64,000 nt of DNA, taken from positions 31,932,001 through 31,996,000 of the forward strand of contig CM059432.1 of assembly GCA_030390025.1 (NCBI GenBank), given 5' to 3'. Origin of the DNA: Squalus acanthias. Its lineage: Eukaryota. Numbering within the stretch: the stretch's first letter is position 1; each line of letters opens with the position of its first letter. The notes beneath the pieces are model-generated. The model did no database searches and was not told where the DNA came from. It worked only from the letters and a program-made list of their open reading frames with translations. The position numbers and the translations under genes were made by a program. Shown here piece by piece: positions 1 through 11,655 of the stretch.

Positions 1-301
1 TTTTTAAAAAAAAAAGTTAACTACTTTAAGCTGCCAAAAAGAACATAAAATGCTGGCAATGAACAGCATATGATAAAGATGTGTTAATATTTTGGGTATA
101 AGCCTTTATAAGAGACCTGTGTCTCTTTAATCCCTTCTAAGATGTAAGGTTGGCACCACTTATTTAACCTAATACCAGTGGCTTTTTTTATTTTATGTTT
201 GTATCTGTATAATCTTTTACAGTTATCTTGTTGATGTTGAATTTATAAATGTACTTGTGCATTTAATTCATTTACTTTTTTCCCCCCCTCTTTCTCAACA
301 G

Positions 302-337
302 TCCCCCCGAGTGAAAGAGTCTCCACAGGGTCCAGAT
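302..337 (+). CDS. OXSR1: OXSR1 internal coding exon (SPRVKESPQGPD)
   Basis: Pyrimidine tract + AG at 300-301; GTGAGT donor at 338; phase 0/0; matches the SPRVKES motif of vertebrate OXSR1 as recalled. Confidence 0.88.
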
Positions 338-349
338 GTGAGTCTGAGA

Positions 350-790
350 TTTTTTTTTTTCTACTTGTTCTTGGGATGTGGATAACGTTGGCAAGGCTGT
401 GTTTATTGCCCATTCCTAGTTGACCTGAAAGATGGTGATGGGCCTTCTCCTTGATCTGTTCCAGTCCTTGTGGTGATGGACACTCTCAATGGTGTTAGGG
501 AGGGAATGTCAGGGTTTTGAGCCAGTGATGAAAGAACGCTGATATGTCTAAATTATGTCAGTACGTCACTTGGAGGGGAATTTGGAGATGATGGTATCCC
601 CACAACATTGCTGCTATTGCCCTTCTCTGATAGAGGTTACGGGATGGAAGTTCTGTTGAAGTAAACTTGGTGAGTTGCTGCAGTGCACCCTGTAGATTGT
701 ACATACTGCAGCCACAGTGCACCAGTGGTGGAGGGAGTTCACATCAAGTCCAGTGGCAGGGATGTCGATCAAGCGAACTGCACTATCAGT
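350..790 (-). mobile_element. Decayed 3' end of a poly(A)-tailed non-LTR retrotransposon, same family as 49349-50232
   Basis: Poly-T at 350-360, then the reverse complement of the 3' end seen at 50160-50232. Confidence 0.7.
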
Positions 791-976
791 ATCTGTGTTT
801 AATATTTGGAAGGAATTGTTAAAAACTAGTTAACTTTTTTCAGTGTGATAATTAAAAAAATTTATTAATGTAAAAAGATTACTGATGACATTGTTGAGGA
901 AACTGGCTAGGAGAGAGGGTGTCTGAGTTCTACTTTTCATAAGAATGTCTATAGTGAGAAAAGACTGTTCGGCCCA

Positions 977-1046
977 TCAAACTTGCTCCATTCTGAGTCT
1001 CTGTATCTCAAACTTGCTCCATCCTGAGTCTCTGTATCTCAAACTT
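977..1046. repeat. 31-bp tandem duplication (~2.3 units)
   Basis: TCAAACTTGCTCCAT(T/C)CTGAGTCTCTGTATC at 977 and 1008, partial at 1039. Confidence 0.9.
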
Positions 1047-1563
1047 CCCCCAAGATTAAACAGTGCTGTTAATATCTCTAAGCTTTGATTCCCTTTCTCA
1101 ACAGAAGTTTTGAAGTAGCTATCTTGACTTGTGTATTTGTTGTAATGACTAATCAGTAAGGAAGTATATAATCAGCTCTTTTATACTGTGGTGTTGAATT
1201 ATTCTTCCCAGCCAATTCTCTTCATGTTACAAACCCTCCCTGTTTAATGTCCCGTGTGTATTGCTTTATAAATCATGGTCTTGCTTAAAACCACGACCAA
1301 TCATTATGGAGCAGCAATGAACAAAGCAAACATAAAACACTCTGAGCTATATTGCTAAATCAATAGAGTGCAAGTTGGCGGATATTATGCTCAAACTGCA
1401 CAGTTCTCCGATCAGACTGTGCCTTGAGTACTGTGTTCATTTTTGGTCACTGGTGCACAAGAGAGCCATTCAAGCCAAGGAGATGGTACAGAGAAGAATC
1501 ACAAGGCTGATCCCCAGGGTCAGACTACTGTTTTATGAGGAAATATTACATAGGATTGCTTAG

Positions 1564-4500
1564 GGTATACGGCACAGAAACAGGCCATTCGGCCCAGCCA
1601 GTCCATGCCGGCGTTTATGCTCCACTCTAGCTTCCTCCTGTCTTTCCTCTACTAAATCTATCAGCGTAACCCTCTATTCCCTTCTCCCTCATATGCTTGT
1701 CTAGCCTCCCCTTAAATGCATCTATACTTTTCGCTTCAACCACTCCCTGTGGTAGCAAGTTCCACATTCTCGCCACTCTGGGTAAAGAATTCCCTATTGG
1801 ATTTCTTGGTGACTATCTTATATTGATGGCCTCTAGTTATGCTCTTCCCCACAAGTGGAAACATTCTCTCTGTATCCACTCTATCAAAACCTTTCATAAT
1901 TTAAAGACCTCTATTAGGTCACCGCTCAGTCCTTTTTCAAGAGAAAAGAGGACCAGCCTGTTCATCCTTTCCTGATATGTATACCTTTGCATTTCTGCTG
2001 GTATCCTTGTAAATCTTCTCTGCACCCTCTCCAGTGTCTCTCTATCCTTTTTATAATATGGCGACCAGAACTGTATGCAGTTCTCTAAGTGTGCTCTAAC
2101 CAAGGTTCGATACAGGTTTAGCATAACTTCCCTACTTTTCAATTCTATACCTCCTAGAAATAAACCCTAGTGTTTGGTTTGCTTTTTTATGGCCTTGCTA
2201 ACCTGTGCCGCAACTTTTAGTGATTTGTGTATTTGTACTCCGAGATCCCTTTATTCCTCTACCCCACCTAGACTCGCACCCTCCAAGTAATAAGTGACTT
2301 CCCTATTCTTCCTACCAAAATGTAATACCTCACATTTATCTGTGTTGAACTTCATTTGTCAATTATCTGCCCATTCTGCAAGTTTATTAATGTCCTCCTG
2401 TAATTTGTTGCAGTCCTCCTCAGTATTGACTATCCCCCCTCCCCTGCAATTTGGTGTCATCTGCAAATTCAGAAATTGTGCTTTTAATTCCAAGGTCTAA
2501 ATCGTTAATATAAATTGTGAACAACAGTGGTCCCAGCACTGATCCTTGTGGAACACCACTACCCACCTTCTACCACTGTGAATAGCTACCTTTTACCCCT
2601 ATTTTCTGTCTTGAAGCCAGCTAGCTATCCATTCTGCTACTTGTCCCCTGACTCTGCATTCTCTGACCTTGTTCATCAGTCTATTATGGGGTACCTTATC
2701 GAAGGCCTTTTGAAAATCTAGATAAATTTCATCTACTGCATTACCATTGTCTACTCTCTCTGTACCTCTTCAAAAATTCAATGAGGTTAGTCAAGCAAGA
2801 CTTTCCCTTTTGAAATCCATGCTGACTGTTCCTTATTATGTTTTTGGTTTCTAGATGTTCTTCTGTTTTTTCTTTTAGTAGGGATTCCATTATTTTCCTA
2901 CCACCGATGTTAAGCTGACTGGTCTATAATTCCCTGGACATGTTCTATCCCCCTTCTTAAATATAGGTATTAAGTTAGTCCTCTGGCACTACACCTTTTT
3001 CTAATGAATTATTAAATATGTGTAGTAATGCCTCTGCTATCTCTTCCCTAGATTCTTTTAAAATGCGTGGATGCAATCCATCCGGACCAGGGGTTTTATC
3101 CTGAGTTTGATTAGTTTATTTAATATATCCCGTCTTTTTATTTTAAATGCACTTATCTCATTACTAATCTCATCATCCAATGTCATGTCCACCTGTTCTA
3201 TCTCCCTGGTAAATACTGAAGCGAAATAATGATTTAATATTTCTACCATCTCCCTATCGTTACCTGTCTATCCCTTAATGGCCCTAGTCCCATCCCAACC
3301 TACCTTTTTTTTTTTTTATTGATGTGCCTGTAAAATATTTTACTATTTTGTTTTATGTTCCTTGATAATTTAATTTCATAGTTCCTCTTTGCCTTCCTAA
3401 TTGTTTTTTGACTTCTCTCCTAATCTCTTTGTATTCTCCCTTATCATGCCCTCCCCTGCTTTCTATGTACTTAATGTATGCCTCTTTCCTTACCCCCAAT
3501 TGTTCCCTTATGGCTTTATTCATCCATGGAGTCTCATTAGTGTTTAGTTTGTTCTTTCCTTTTAGTGGAATATATTGTTCCTGCACTCTGTTGAACACCG
3601 TTTTAAATGTTTCCCATTGCTCTTCTACTTCGTTGTTTGTCAATATTGTTGCCCATTTTATTTTCCCAAGTTCTATTCTCAGCCCCTTAAAATCAACTTT
3701 TCTCCAATCTATTACCTTAGTTTTCATCATACTTATGTCCTTCTCAATTATCATAAAGCGTATTATATTGTGGTCACTATTGCCTAGATGTTCCCCTACT
3801 TTTACTTCTCTTATCTGCTCTGGTTCATTCCCCATAACTAGATCCAATAGCGAATCCTTCCTTGTCGGGCTTTTTACATATTGGGTTAGAAAGGAGTCCT
3901 GTACACATTGTAGGAACTCTATTCCCTTATCCCCTTTTCCTACCTCTTCTGTCCAATTAATATCGGGGTAGTTGAAATCCCCCATGATGATTATTCTATG
4001 TTTTTTCATTTCCCTAATTTGTCTGCATATTTCTTCCTCTACCTCCCTTCCACTATTAGGTGGTCTGTAAACTACACCTATTAGTGTGATTGATCCTTTA
4101 TTATCTTTTATCTCTCTCCATATGGATTCTATTTTTCTCTCGTTGATAGATGCGTCACTTTTTTCTACTGCCATTATGTTATCCCTAATAAGTACAGCTA
4201 CTTCACCTTCCCTTTTTCCCTCTATCTTTTCTAAATATGTTTTGCCCTGCAATGTTTAATTCCCAGTCCTGATTTTTCGGTAGTCATGTCTCAGTAATCC
4301 CTGCTTTGTCTGGTTCCTCGCAACACATGATTGACTCCAGCTCCCCTGTTTTATTACGGACACTGTGTGCATTGCTGTACAGTTGAACTCATTTTTAATC
4401 GGATTTCCTCTCACTTTATGTTTAACCATCTGTTTAGACTCCTGTTCTAGAAGTCTATTTATTCCCTGACCATCAGTGTCCTCTCTTTATTCTTTCCTTT

Positions 4501-4890
4501 GCTCTCTTTTCCTGTTTTGTTTACAATTAGGCTGGTTGTGTTTCTTGTAGATCCCTCGCCGGAGAGATTTGAGATGGAGACATCTCCTGCAGACGTGTTC
4601 ACTCGGGACGGTCTCACTGTCCACAAACTCCCACATACTGTAGTCCAGACACACCAACCTGCCCTGCCATATCTTAGTCTAGCCTTATTTTATTTATTTA
4701 ATTAGTTAAAGTCTTTATTCAACAATTATTTATAGTTATATTAATTAGTTTTACTAGTTAAGCTATAAATTTAATACAGTACTTTGTATTTCCTGCACCT
4801 AGTTTAAACCACTGTCCTACGTAAGAAAGATTTTAAAAAACCGTAATACTCACCAACCAATCACCTACCTGCTGTCCTGTGACGTCACTC
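1564..4890 (-). mobile_element. CR1/HER1-type LINE: 5' UTR, internally deleted ORF1, frameshifted ORF2 (APE+RT)
   Basis: APE motifs GVVYRPPN, MGDFNYPDI, SDHN; RT C-terminus YRTLVRAHLE.C.QFWSP; remnant of the ORF1 Cys-rich N-terminus near 4560-4670. Confidence 0.92.
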
Positions 4891-4893
4891 CTT

Positions 4894-5797
4894 GGTCCTG
4901 AAATTACGATCCCTACGGGTGTGTACGCGCTGTGTACTCGCCTGTAGGGACATCGGAAATGCCGGTTTTAGGCATGCACTGCACATGCGCTGGAAACCGG
5001 CATTTCCGATCTGTCAAGAAAGCTCTTGACAGATCCTCTGGCTGCGCTGGAGCAGGGCCTCTGCGGGTGGAGAGTTCCATTTTTTGGAGACCCTCCGCCC
5101 GCAGAAAACACTTACAATTCTTGCGCCGGTAAAAGCAGGTGTGAGGCCTGCTTTTACCAGGATAAGAGTTGAAAAAAAGTGTTAAAAAAAAAAAAAATTT
5201 CACTGATTTTCGTTTAAAAATACTTTAAAGAAAGGTAAGTTTATTTTTAGCCCCGTTAAAAACTAATTTTTTTTCAAAAAGTAAAATTTTTCTTTAAAAT
5301 ACTTAATTGTAATTTAAAGTCATTTTAAAAATGTGATTTTTAAAAAAAAATTATTTAATGTTTTCCTATGTTTTGGGGGTGATCTCTTCATATATTTGAC
5401 AGGTCTTCCTGTCAAATGTATGAAGGGAGATTCCCTTCTCTGATTGGCTCCCCATGGCCCACGTGGTCCCAGGGACGCTGCGAACAGCCTGCGCCTCTGG
5501 GATACATGGGCCCTGCACACCGGCAGTTTGAAGAGGCTCAGCAACGGAACTCTGCGCCTCTCGGGAGCCCTCCGGTCCAGGCGCAGATTTTTCAGGATCG
5601 CAGCCCTCTGCCCGCGGGAGGCCTGCCAACGGAATTTCTGGGCCAATGTTTTTTTGGAAATCGTCGAAGGTTCGGCCGCTGCTGATGCCGCCTCCAATTA
5701 GGTCGGCGTTTTCTGGTCTCCCACTGTTTTAAGTATCACCGCCGCTGATACCACCTCCAATTAGGCGGTATCAGCCAAATATTAGAGAAATTTGGGC
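4894..5797. mobile_element. Non-autonomous DNA-transposon (MITE)-like element with internal hairpins
   Basis: Imperfect ends GGTCCTGAAATT / AAATTTGGGCTC; hairpin GGTAAAAGCAGG..CCTGCTTTTACC at 5128-5158, shared with 25013-25477. Confidence 0.55.
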
Positions 5798-6548
5798 TCT
5801 TCAACCTTGAAAGGAGGTAAATATGTGGGAACCAGATGGAGGTATAGAAGAGATAAGTGGGAAAGGTAAATCTGGAACATTACTACAAATTAAACCATGA
5901 AAGTAGGACAAAAGGCATAGGTTAGAAACATAGAATCTAGGAGCAGGAGTAGGCCATTCGGCCCGTCGAGCCTGCTCCACCATTCAATACGATCATGGCT
6001 GATCATCCAAATCCAGTACCCTGTCCCTGCTTTAATCCCCACAGTACACATATCCCACCCTACCCCCGTATTCAAAGTAATGAAAGGCAAATATGGGACT
6101 GACTTCAGGAAGCTGTCCTTCACAGTGATCAACATGTGGAAAGAAGCTCCAGGAGCATCAATGACGGCAAAAATCTTAGATTGGTTTAAGAATCGGTGGA
6201 TGCAGCATTAAAACGTGGGTGAGGGGCAGCCTGTACATTTTTCTAGATGAATGTTCCAAGTTGGACTGCGGCATTCCTCGTCCATGTTTATCCTGTTATT
6301 TTTTTTTTATATAGGTGCTTAGACTGGATGGTGTCAGCTTTTGTCTGACTTAAAAACTGGACGGTGGAATGAGACAGTGGGCAGGCTGCATTTTAAAAAC
6401 ACTGCTATGCAGAGTTTATTTTTTTTAAAGCCAAGATCAAAAAAATTTTGCTGAAAACTACCGGGCGTACTCCTCGGAAACTGTACAGATCAAACCTCAA
6501 CGGGTAGCTGCAGTGGGTGAGGCTCCCTCTGTTTTTGAGTGTAGTGCC

Positions 6549-7495
6549 CGTTCCCCATGCCCCTATAAATTCTTCCTTTTCAAATATCCATCCACTTCCT
6601 CTTGGATTCTGCTTCCACCACTGCTCCTATTGAGGCATTCCATGCCCTACCAGGATTGAACCTGGGACTTTAGTGTTGTAAAATATACCCAACTGAGCCA
6701 CTTCACACTCGAGCAGCGCCCCTACATATGCTTGAAGATCCTTGCCAATCTTTGCATTGAAAAGAAAGATTTTATTTTGACCCAAAAGTGGCCATATTTG
6801 TGAAAGTTGCTGTTAGGCAGCATATAAACCCAGTCAGCCCTGGCTCTCTCCAGATCAGGACATGTTAGCCACCCCAGATTCTCATCAGAGAAGTACTGCA
6901 GACCTACCCAGATCAGCAACAATACATACAGTAATTCTTAATTACAATAACTACATAAATTTCAAAATGCCGCATTAAAGAATAGCCACTTAAGTGCAAA
7001 ACTTCAATAGCATGAAAATGCTGCTTGTTAGCACCTTAATGCTCCTTATTTCTAAAATGAACCATGATTTAACGTGATGTTTCTAGTGCAAATTAACCAT
7101 GAGCATAAAAAAGTTACAATATGTTTAATTAGCAAATTAGCACCACTATTAGTATTTCAGTGGGGTGGCTAACACATCCTGATCTGGAGAGAGGCAGGAT
7201 TGGCTGGGTTTATGCTGCCTAACAGCAACTTTCACAAATGTGACCACCTTTGCATTGAAATTTTTTTTTATTTTGACCCAAAGATTGGCAAGGACCTCCA
7301 AGCATATGTAGGGCCACTGCTTGGGTGTGAAGTGGCTCAGTTGGGTATATTTTGCAACACTGAAGTCCCAGGTTCAATCCTGGTAGGACAAGGAATGCCT
7401 CAATAGGAACAGTGGTGGAAGCAGAATCCATAATAACTTCTGAAAAGGAAATGGATGGATATTTGAAAAAGAAAGATTTAAAGGGGTAGGGAAAA
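6549..7495. repeat. Inverted duplication (arms ~6549-6876 and ~7160-7495, spacer ~285 bp)
   Basis: Arms are diverged reverse complements, e.g. TGTGAAAGTTGCTGTTAGGCAGCAT vs ATGCTGCCTAACAGCAACTTTCACA. Confidence 0.9.
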
Positions 7496-7914
7496 GGACA
7501 ATAAAATGGGGCAAAATTGGTAGATCTTTCAGAGAGTCACAACAGGCATGTTGGGCCAAGTGGCCTTTTGTGCTATAAAATTCTATGAATCCCTGATCTC
7601 TGCTGAAATAGCTGATCTCAGCCAAGATGGTAGTTTGGGGGAAGTGTACAATTAGTGTTGGCACCCCTGGGCTTGGGAATGACAGAATTAATTAAAATGT
7701 CCTCTTTTGACTGGAAAGTGCTTGTGTGTAGACGATGGGTAAGGTTAGGATCGGGCTTGACTAGGATGTGCACTGGTGGAACAGCCTGTCTACACTCACT
7801 GTCTAGGCTCATATGTGAAGAATCCAATAGGGAATTCAGGAGAAACTTCTTTATGCAGAGTGTGGATAGAATATGGAACTTGCTACCACAAGGCTCATGG
7901 GGTTGGGGGTAATA

Positions 7915-8566
7915 TATTAGCATGGCTAGAGGATTGATTAACTGACAGTAGAGAGTAGGGATAAACAGGCCATTTTCAGGTTGGCAATCTGTAACTAGTG
8001 AGGTGCCGCAAGCATCAGTGCTTGGGTTTCGGCTATTTACAATCTATATTAATGACTTCGATGAAGGGACTGAATGCAATGTAACCAAGTTTGCTGACTA
8101 TACAAAGCTAGGTGGGAAAGTAAGCTGTGAGAAGGACACAAAGGGATATAGACCGGTTAAGTGAGTGGGCAATAAAGGTGGCAGGTGGAGCATAATCTGA
8201 AGTAATGTGAGGTTATTCACTTTGATAGGAAGAATAGAAAAACAATATTTTTTAAAATGTAGAGAAACTATTAAATGTTGGTGTTCAGAGAGATTTAAGT
8301 GTCCTCGTACAGGAAACACAAAGTTAGCACGCAGGTACAGCAAGCAATTAAGGCAAATGGCAGGTTGGCCTTTATTGCAAGGGGGTTGGAGTACAAGAGT
8401 AAGGAAGTCTTACTACAATTGTACAGGGCTTTGGTGAGACCACACCTGGAGTACTGTACACAGTTTTGGTCTCCTTATCTGAGAAAGGACATACATGTCT
8501 TAGAGGCTTGCAACGAAGGTTCACTAGATTGATCCCTGGGATGAGCGGGTTGTCCTATGAGGAGAA
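7915..8566 (+). mobile_element. CR1-type LINE RT fragment
   Basis: Degenerate RT motifs; LYRALVRPHLEYCTQFWSP. Confidence 0.85.
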
Positions 8567-9780
8567 ATCATAGAATGGTTACAGCACGGAAGAAGGCCAT
8601 TCAGCCCGTCGAGCCCATGCCGGCTCTCTGTAAGAGCACTTCAGCTAGTCCCACTCCCCCGCCCTTTCCCCGTAGCCTTGCAAATTTCTTTCCTTCAGAT
8701 ACTTATCCAACTCCCTTTTGAAAGCCGTGATTGAATTTGCCCCCACCACCCTTTCAGGCAGTACATTCCAGATCTTAACCACTCACTGCATGTAAAAAGT
8801 ATTTTCTTGCGTCGCCTTTGGTTCTTTTGTCAATCACCTTAAATCTGTGTCCTCTGGCTCTCCACCCTTCTGCCAATGGGAACAGTTTCTCTCTATCTAC
8901 TCTGTTCAGACCCCTCATGATTTTGAACACCTCTATCAAATCTCCTCTCAATCTTCTCTGCTCCAAGGAGAACAACCCCAGTTTCTCCAGTCTATCAACG
9001 TAACTGAAGTCCCTCATTCCTGGAATCATTCTCGCAAATTTGTTCTGCACCCTCTCTAAGGCTTTCACATCCTTCCTAAAGTGTGGTGCCCAGAATTGGA
9101 CACAGTACTCCAGTTGGGGCCGAACCAGTGTTTTATACAGGTTCCTCATAATTTCCACACTTTTGTATTCTATTTATGAAACCCAGGATCCCATAAGCCT
9201 TTTTAACTGCTTTCTCAACCTGCCCTGCCACCTTCAACAATTTGTGCACACATACCCCCGGGTCTCTGTTCGTGCACCCCCTTCAGGATTGTACCATTTA
9301 GTTTATATGTCCTCTCCTCATTCTTTCTACCAAAATGTATCACTTCACACTTTTCTGTGTTAAATTTCATCTGCCACATGTCCGCCCATTTCACCAGCCT
9401 GTCTGTCTTCATGAAGTCTATCACTATTCGCTATATTTCCAAGTTTTGTGTCATCTGCAAATTTTGGAATTGTGCCCTGTACACCCAAGTCCAAGTTATA
9501 AATATATATCAAGAAAAGCAGTGGTCCTAGTACCGACCCCGGGGTACACCATTGTATGCCTTCCTCCAGTCCGAAAAACAACCATTCACCACTATCTGTT
9601 TCCGGTCACTTAGCCAATTTCATATCCATGCTGCCACTGTCCCTTTTATTCCCTCGGCTTCAACTTTGCTGGCAAGCCTATTATGTGGCACTTTATCAAA
9701 CGCCTTTTGGAAGTCCATCGCCCTCATCAACCCTTTCTGTTACCTCATCAAAAAACTCGATCAAGTTAGTTAAACACAAT
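8567..9780 (-). mobile_element. CR1-type LINE 3' fragment
   Basis: [13 protein letters not shown] and LYKTLVRPQLEYCVQFW motifs; tail near 8567. Confidence 0.9.
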
Positions 9781-10225
9781 TACGTGGATAGACTAGAGAA
9801 GCTGGGGTTGTTTTCCTTGGAGCAGAGAAGGTTGAGAGGAGATTTGATAGAGGTATTCAAAATCATGATGGGTCTAAACAGAGTTGATAGAGAGAAACTG
9901 TCCCCATTGGCAGAAGGGTCGAGAACCAGAGGACACAGATTTAAGGTGATTGGCAAAAGAACCAAGGGCGACATGAGGAAAAACTTTTTTCGGCAGCGAG
10001 TGGTTAGGATCTGGAATGCACTGCCTGAAAGGGTGGTGGAGGCAGACTCAATTGTGGCTTTCAAAAGGGAATTGGATAAGTACCTGAAGGGAAAAAAAAT
10101 TGCAGGGCTCCAGGGAAAGGGCGAGGTAGTGGGACTAGCTGAAGTGCTCTTGCAGAGAGCCAGCATGGGCTCAATGGGCCAAATGGCTTCCTTCTGTGCT
10201 GTAAACGTTGTATGTTTCTATGATT
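9781..10225 (+). mobile_element. CR1-type LINE 3' end, same subfamily as 8567-9780, head-to-head with it
   Basis: YVDRLEKLGLFSLEQRRLRGDLIEVFKIM...WNALPE followed by the 3' UTR. Confidence 0.9.
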
Positions 10226-11655
10226 CCAAGATGAAGGACCAATATTCATGGTGCAGAACATCGCCCAGGTTGAAAACAGTAAATGGGAACACGAGGCAAA
10301 TCAGGAAGTAATGATTGGTTTGTTATATAGAATCACAAAAGTATAGTTGACTGTTGCCTGGTATGCTGTTGCTGTTTCCCCTCACCTGTGTTGTAGAATT
10401 CACTCCCTCTCTGGTGGAAGAAGGCGGGACAGGCATTGTTGGAAGCAAAGTTATCTCACTGAAAAGGTTTTGTTAATACTGTGCTTTGAAAGTTGCAATA
10501 AATGTGCTTTCTATTACTAAAGAGGTCAGGCAGGGTTTAGTTGGGATCGAGAATAGAAATCATTCAGAGAGAAGGTAATTTCTTGCTGGATGTCCTCTCC
10601 TCCCTCCCCATCTGTTGTAATCGTCCACACTTCAGAAGCCCAGTTAAGCACTGCAGTTGCTGTAATTTTTCTGTTCGGACAAAGCAGTCCTGCATACTAC
10701 TATTAGAAAACCCTGCAGCATGCAACAGAGTCTTTGGCATGTAGTGAAGTACCTTGAAGGGGGGCAGGTAGAGAATTTTTCAGATCTCCTCCCAACCCCC
10801 AGATGCATGTTGCTGAGCAGCAGGAAATCAGTCCTGAATTAGGAAAGAGCTAGCATCGATTCCTGACCGGGATCAGAAAGGAGGGAGCTGTACATTCAGT
10901 AGCCAGTGCTGGTTGTGATGGTGAAGGGAGGAGTTGGAGCATGAACACAGTGGCTGGGTGGTGGATTAGGTCTCTAGCCAGCAGGTTGATTCATTTACCT
11001 ACACAAAGGAAAAGGTTAAATGTCCATGCTACTGTACATAATGAAATAACCGCCACCACCATCCGTCTCCATAACCTTTCTCCCCTGCATCCTCCAACGA
11101 GTGCATGGGGCACATGGACCTTTTGTCACAAAGATTGAGAACTATCCTTTCAGCTGTCTCTGCTGAATACAGCCCCCTCCCTTGGCTCACCAAGCCAAGT
11201 CACCCCCAAGGTTCTCCACTGCCCTAGCCCTGAACCTAATATTTTTTCCTCTAGCTTCTCTCCTATCTCACCCTCCTGCCCTCTCTGAGTTCATCTTGTT
11301 CATGAGACCCACTTCCTGCTCTCTTGACCCCCATTCCCACTAAAATGCTCACCACCCAACTTCCCTTCCTGGTCTCCATGCTAGCTGACATTGTAAATGG
11401 TTCACTCTTCTCCGGTACTGTTTCCCCTCCGATTCAAAACTTCCATCATCACCCTCCCTCAAAAACCTACCATTGACCCCTCTACTTCCCCATCTCTAAC
11501 ATTCCTTTTCCCTCAAGTCCTTGAACGTGTTGTCACCTCACACATCTGTGCCCATCTATCCTGCAATGTTTGAATTTCTCCAACCAGGTTTCCGCCCCTG
11601 CTACAGCACAAACGGCACTAATCAAAGTCACACATAACATCCTCTGTGCTTGTGA

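Noticed and set aside
977..1046. CRISPR-like direct repeats
   Set aside because: Abutting tandem duplication with no spacers, in vertebrate DNA
5320..5701. Several overlapping 85-125 aa ORFs
   Set aside because: They lie in a GC-rich MITE-like element, with no recognisable domain or exon context
7160..7215. 5S rRNA gene
   Set aside because: Only a short, weak resemblance inside the inverted duplication
9556..10311. 251-aa ORF
   Set aside because: Chance fusion of antisense LINE sequence with a sense CR1 3' end
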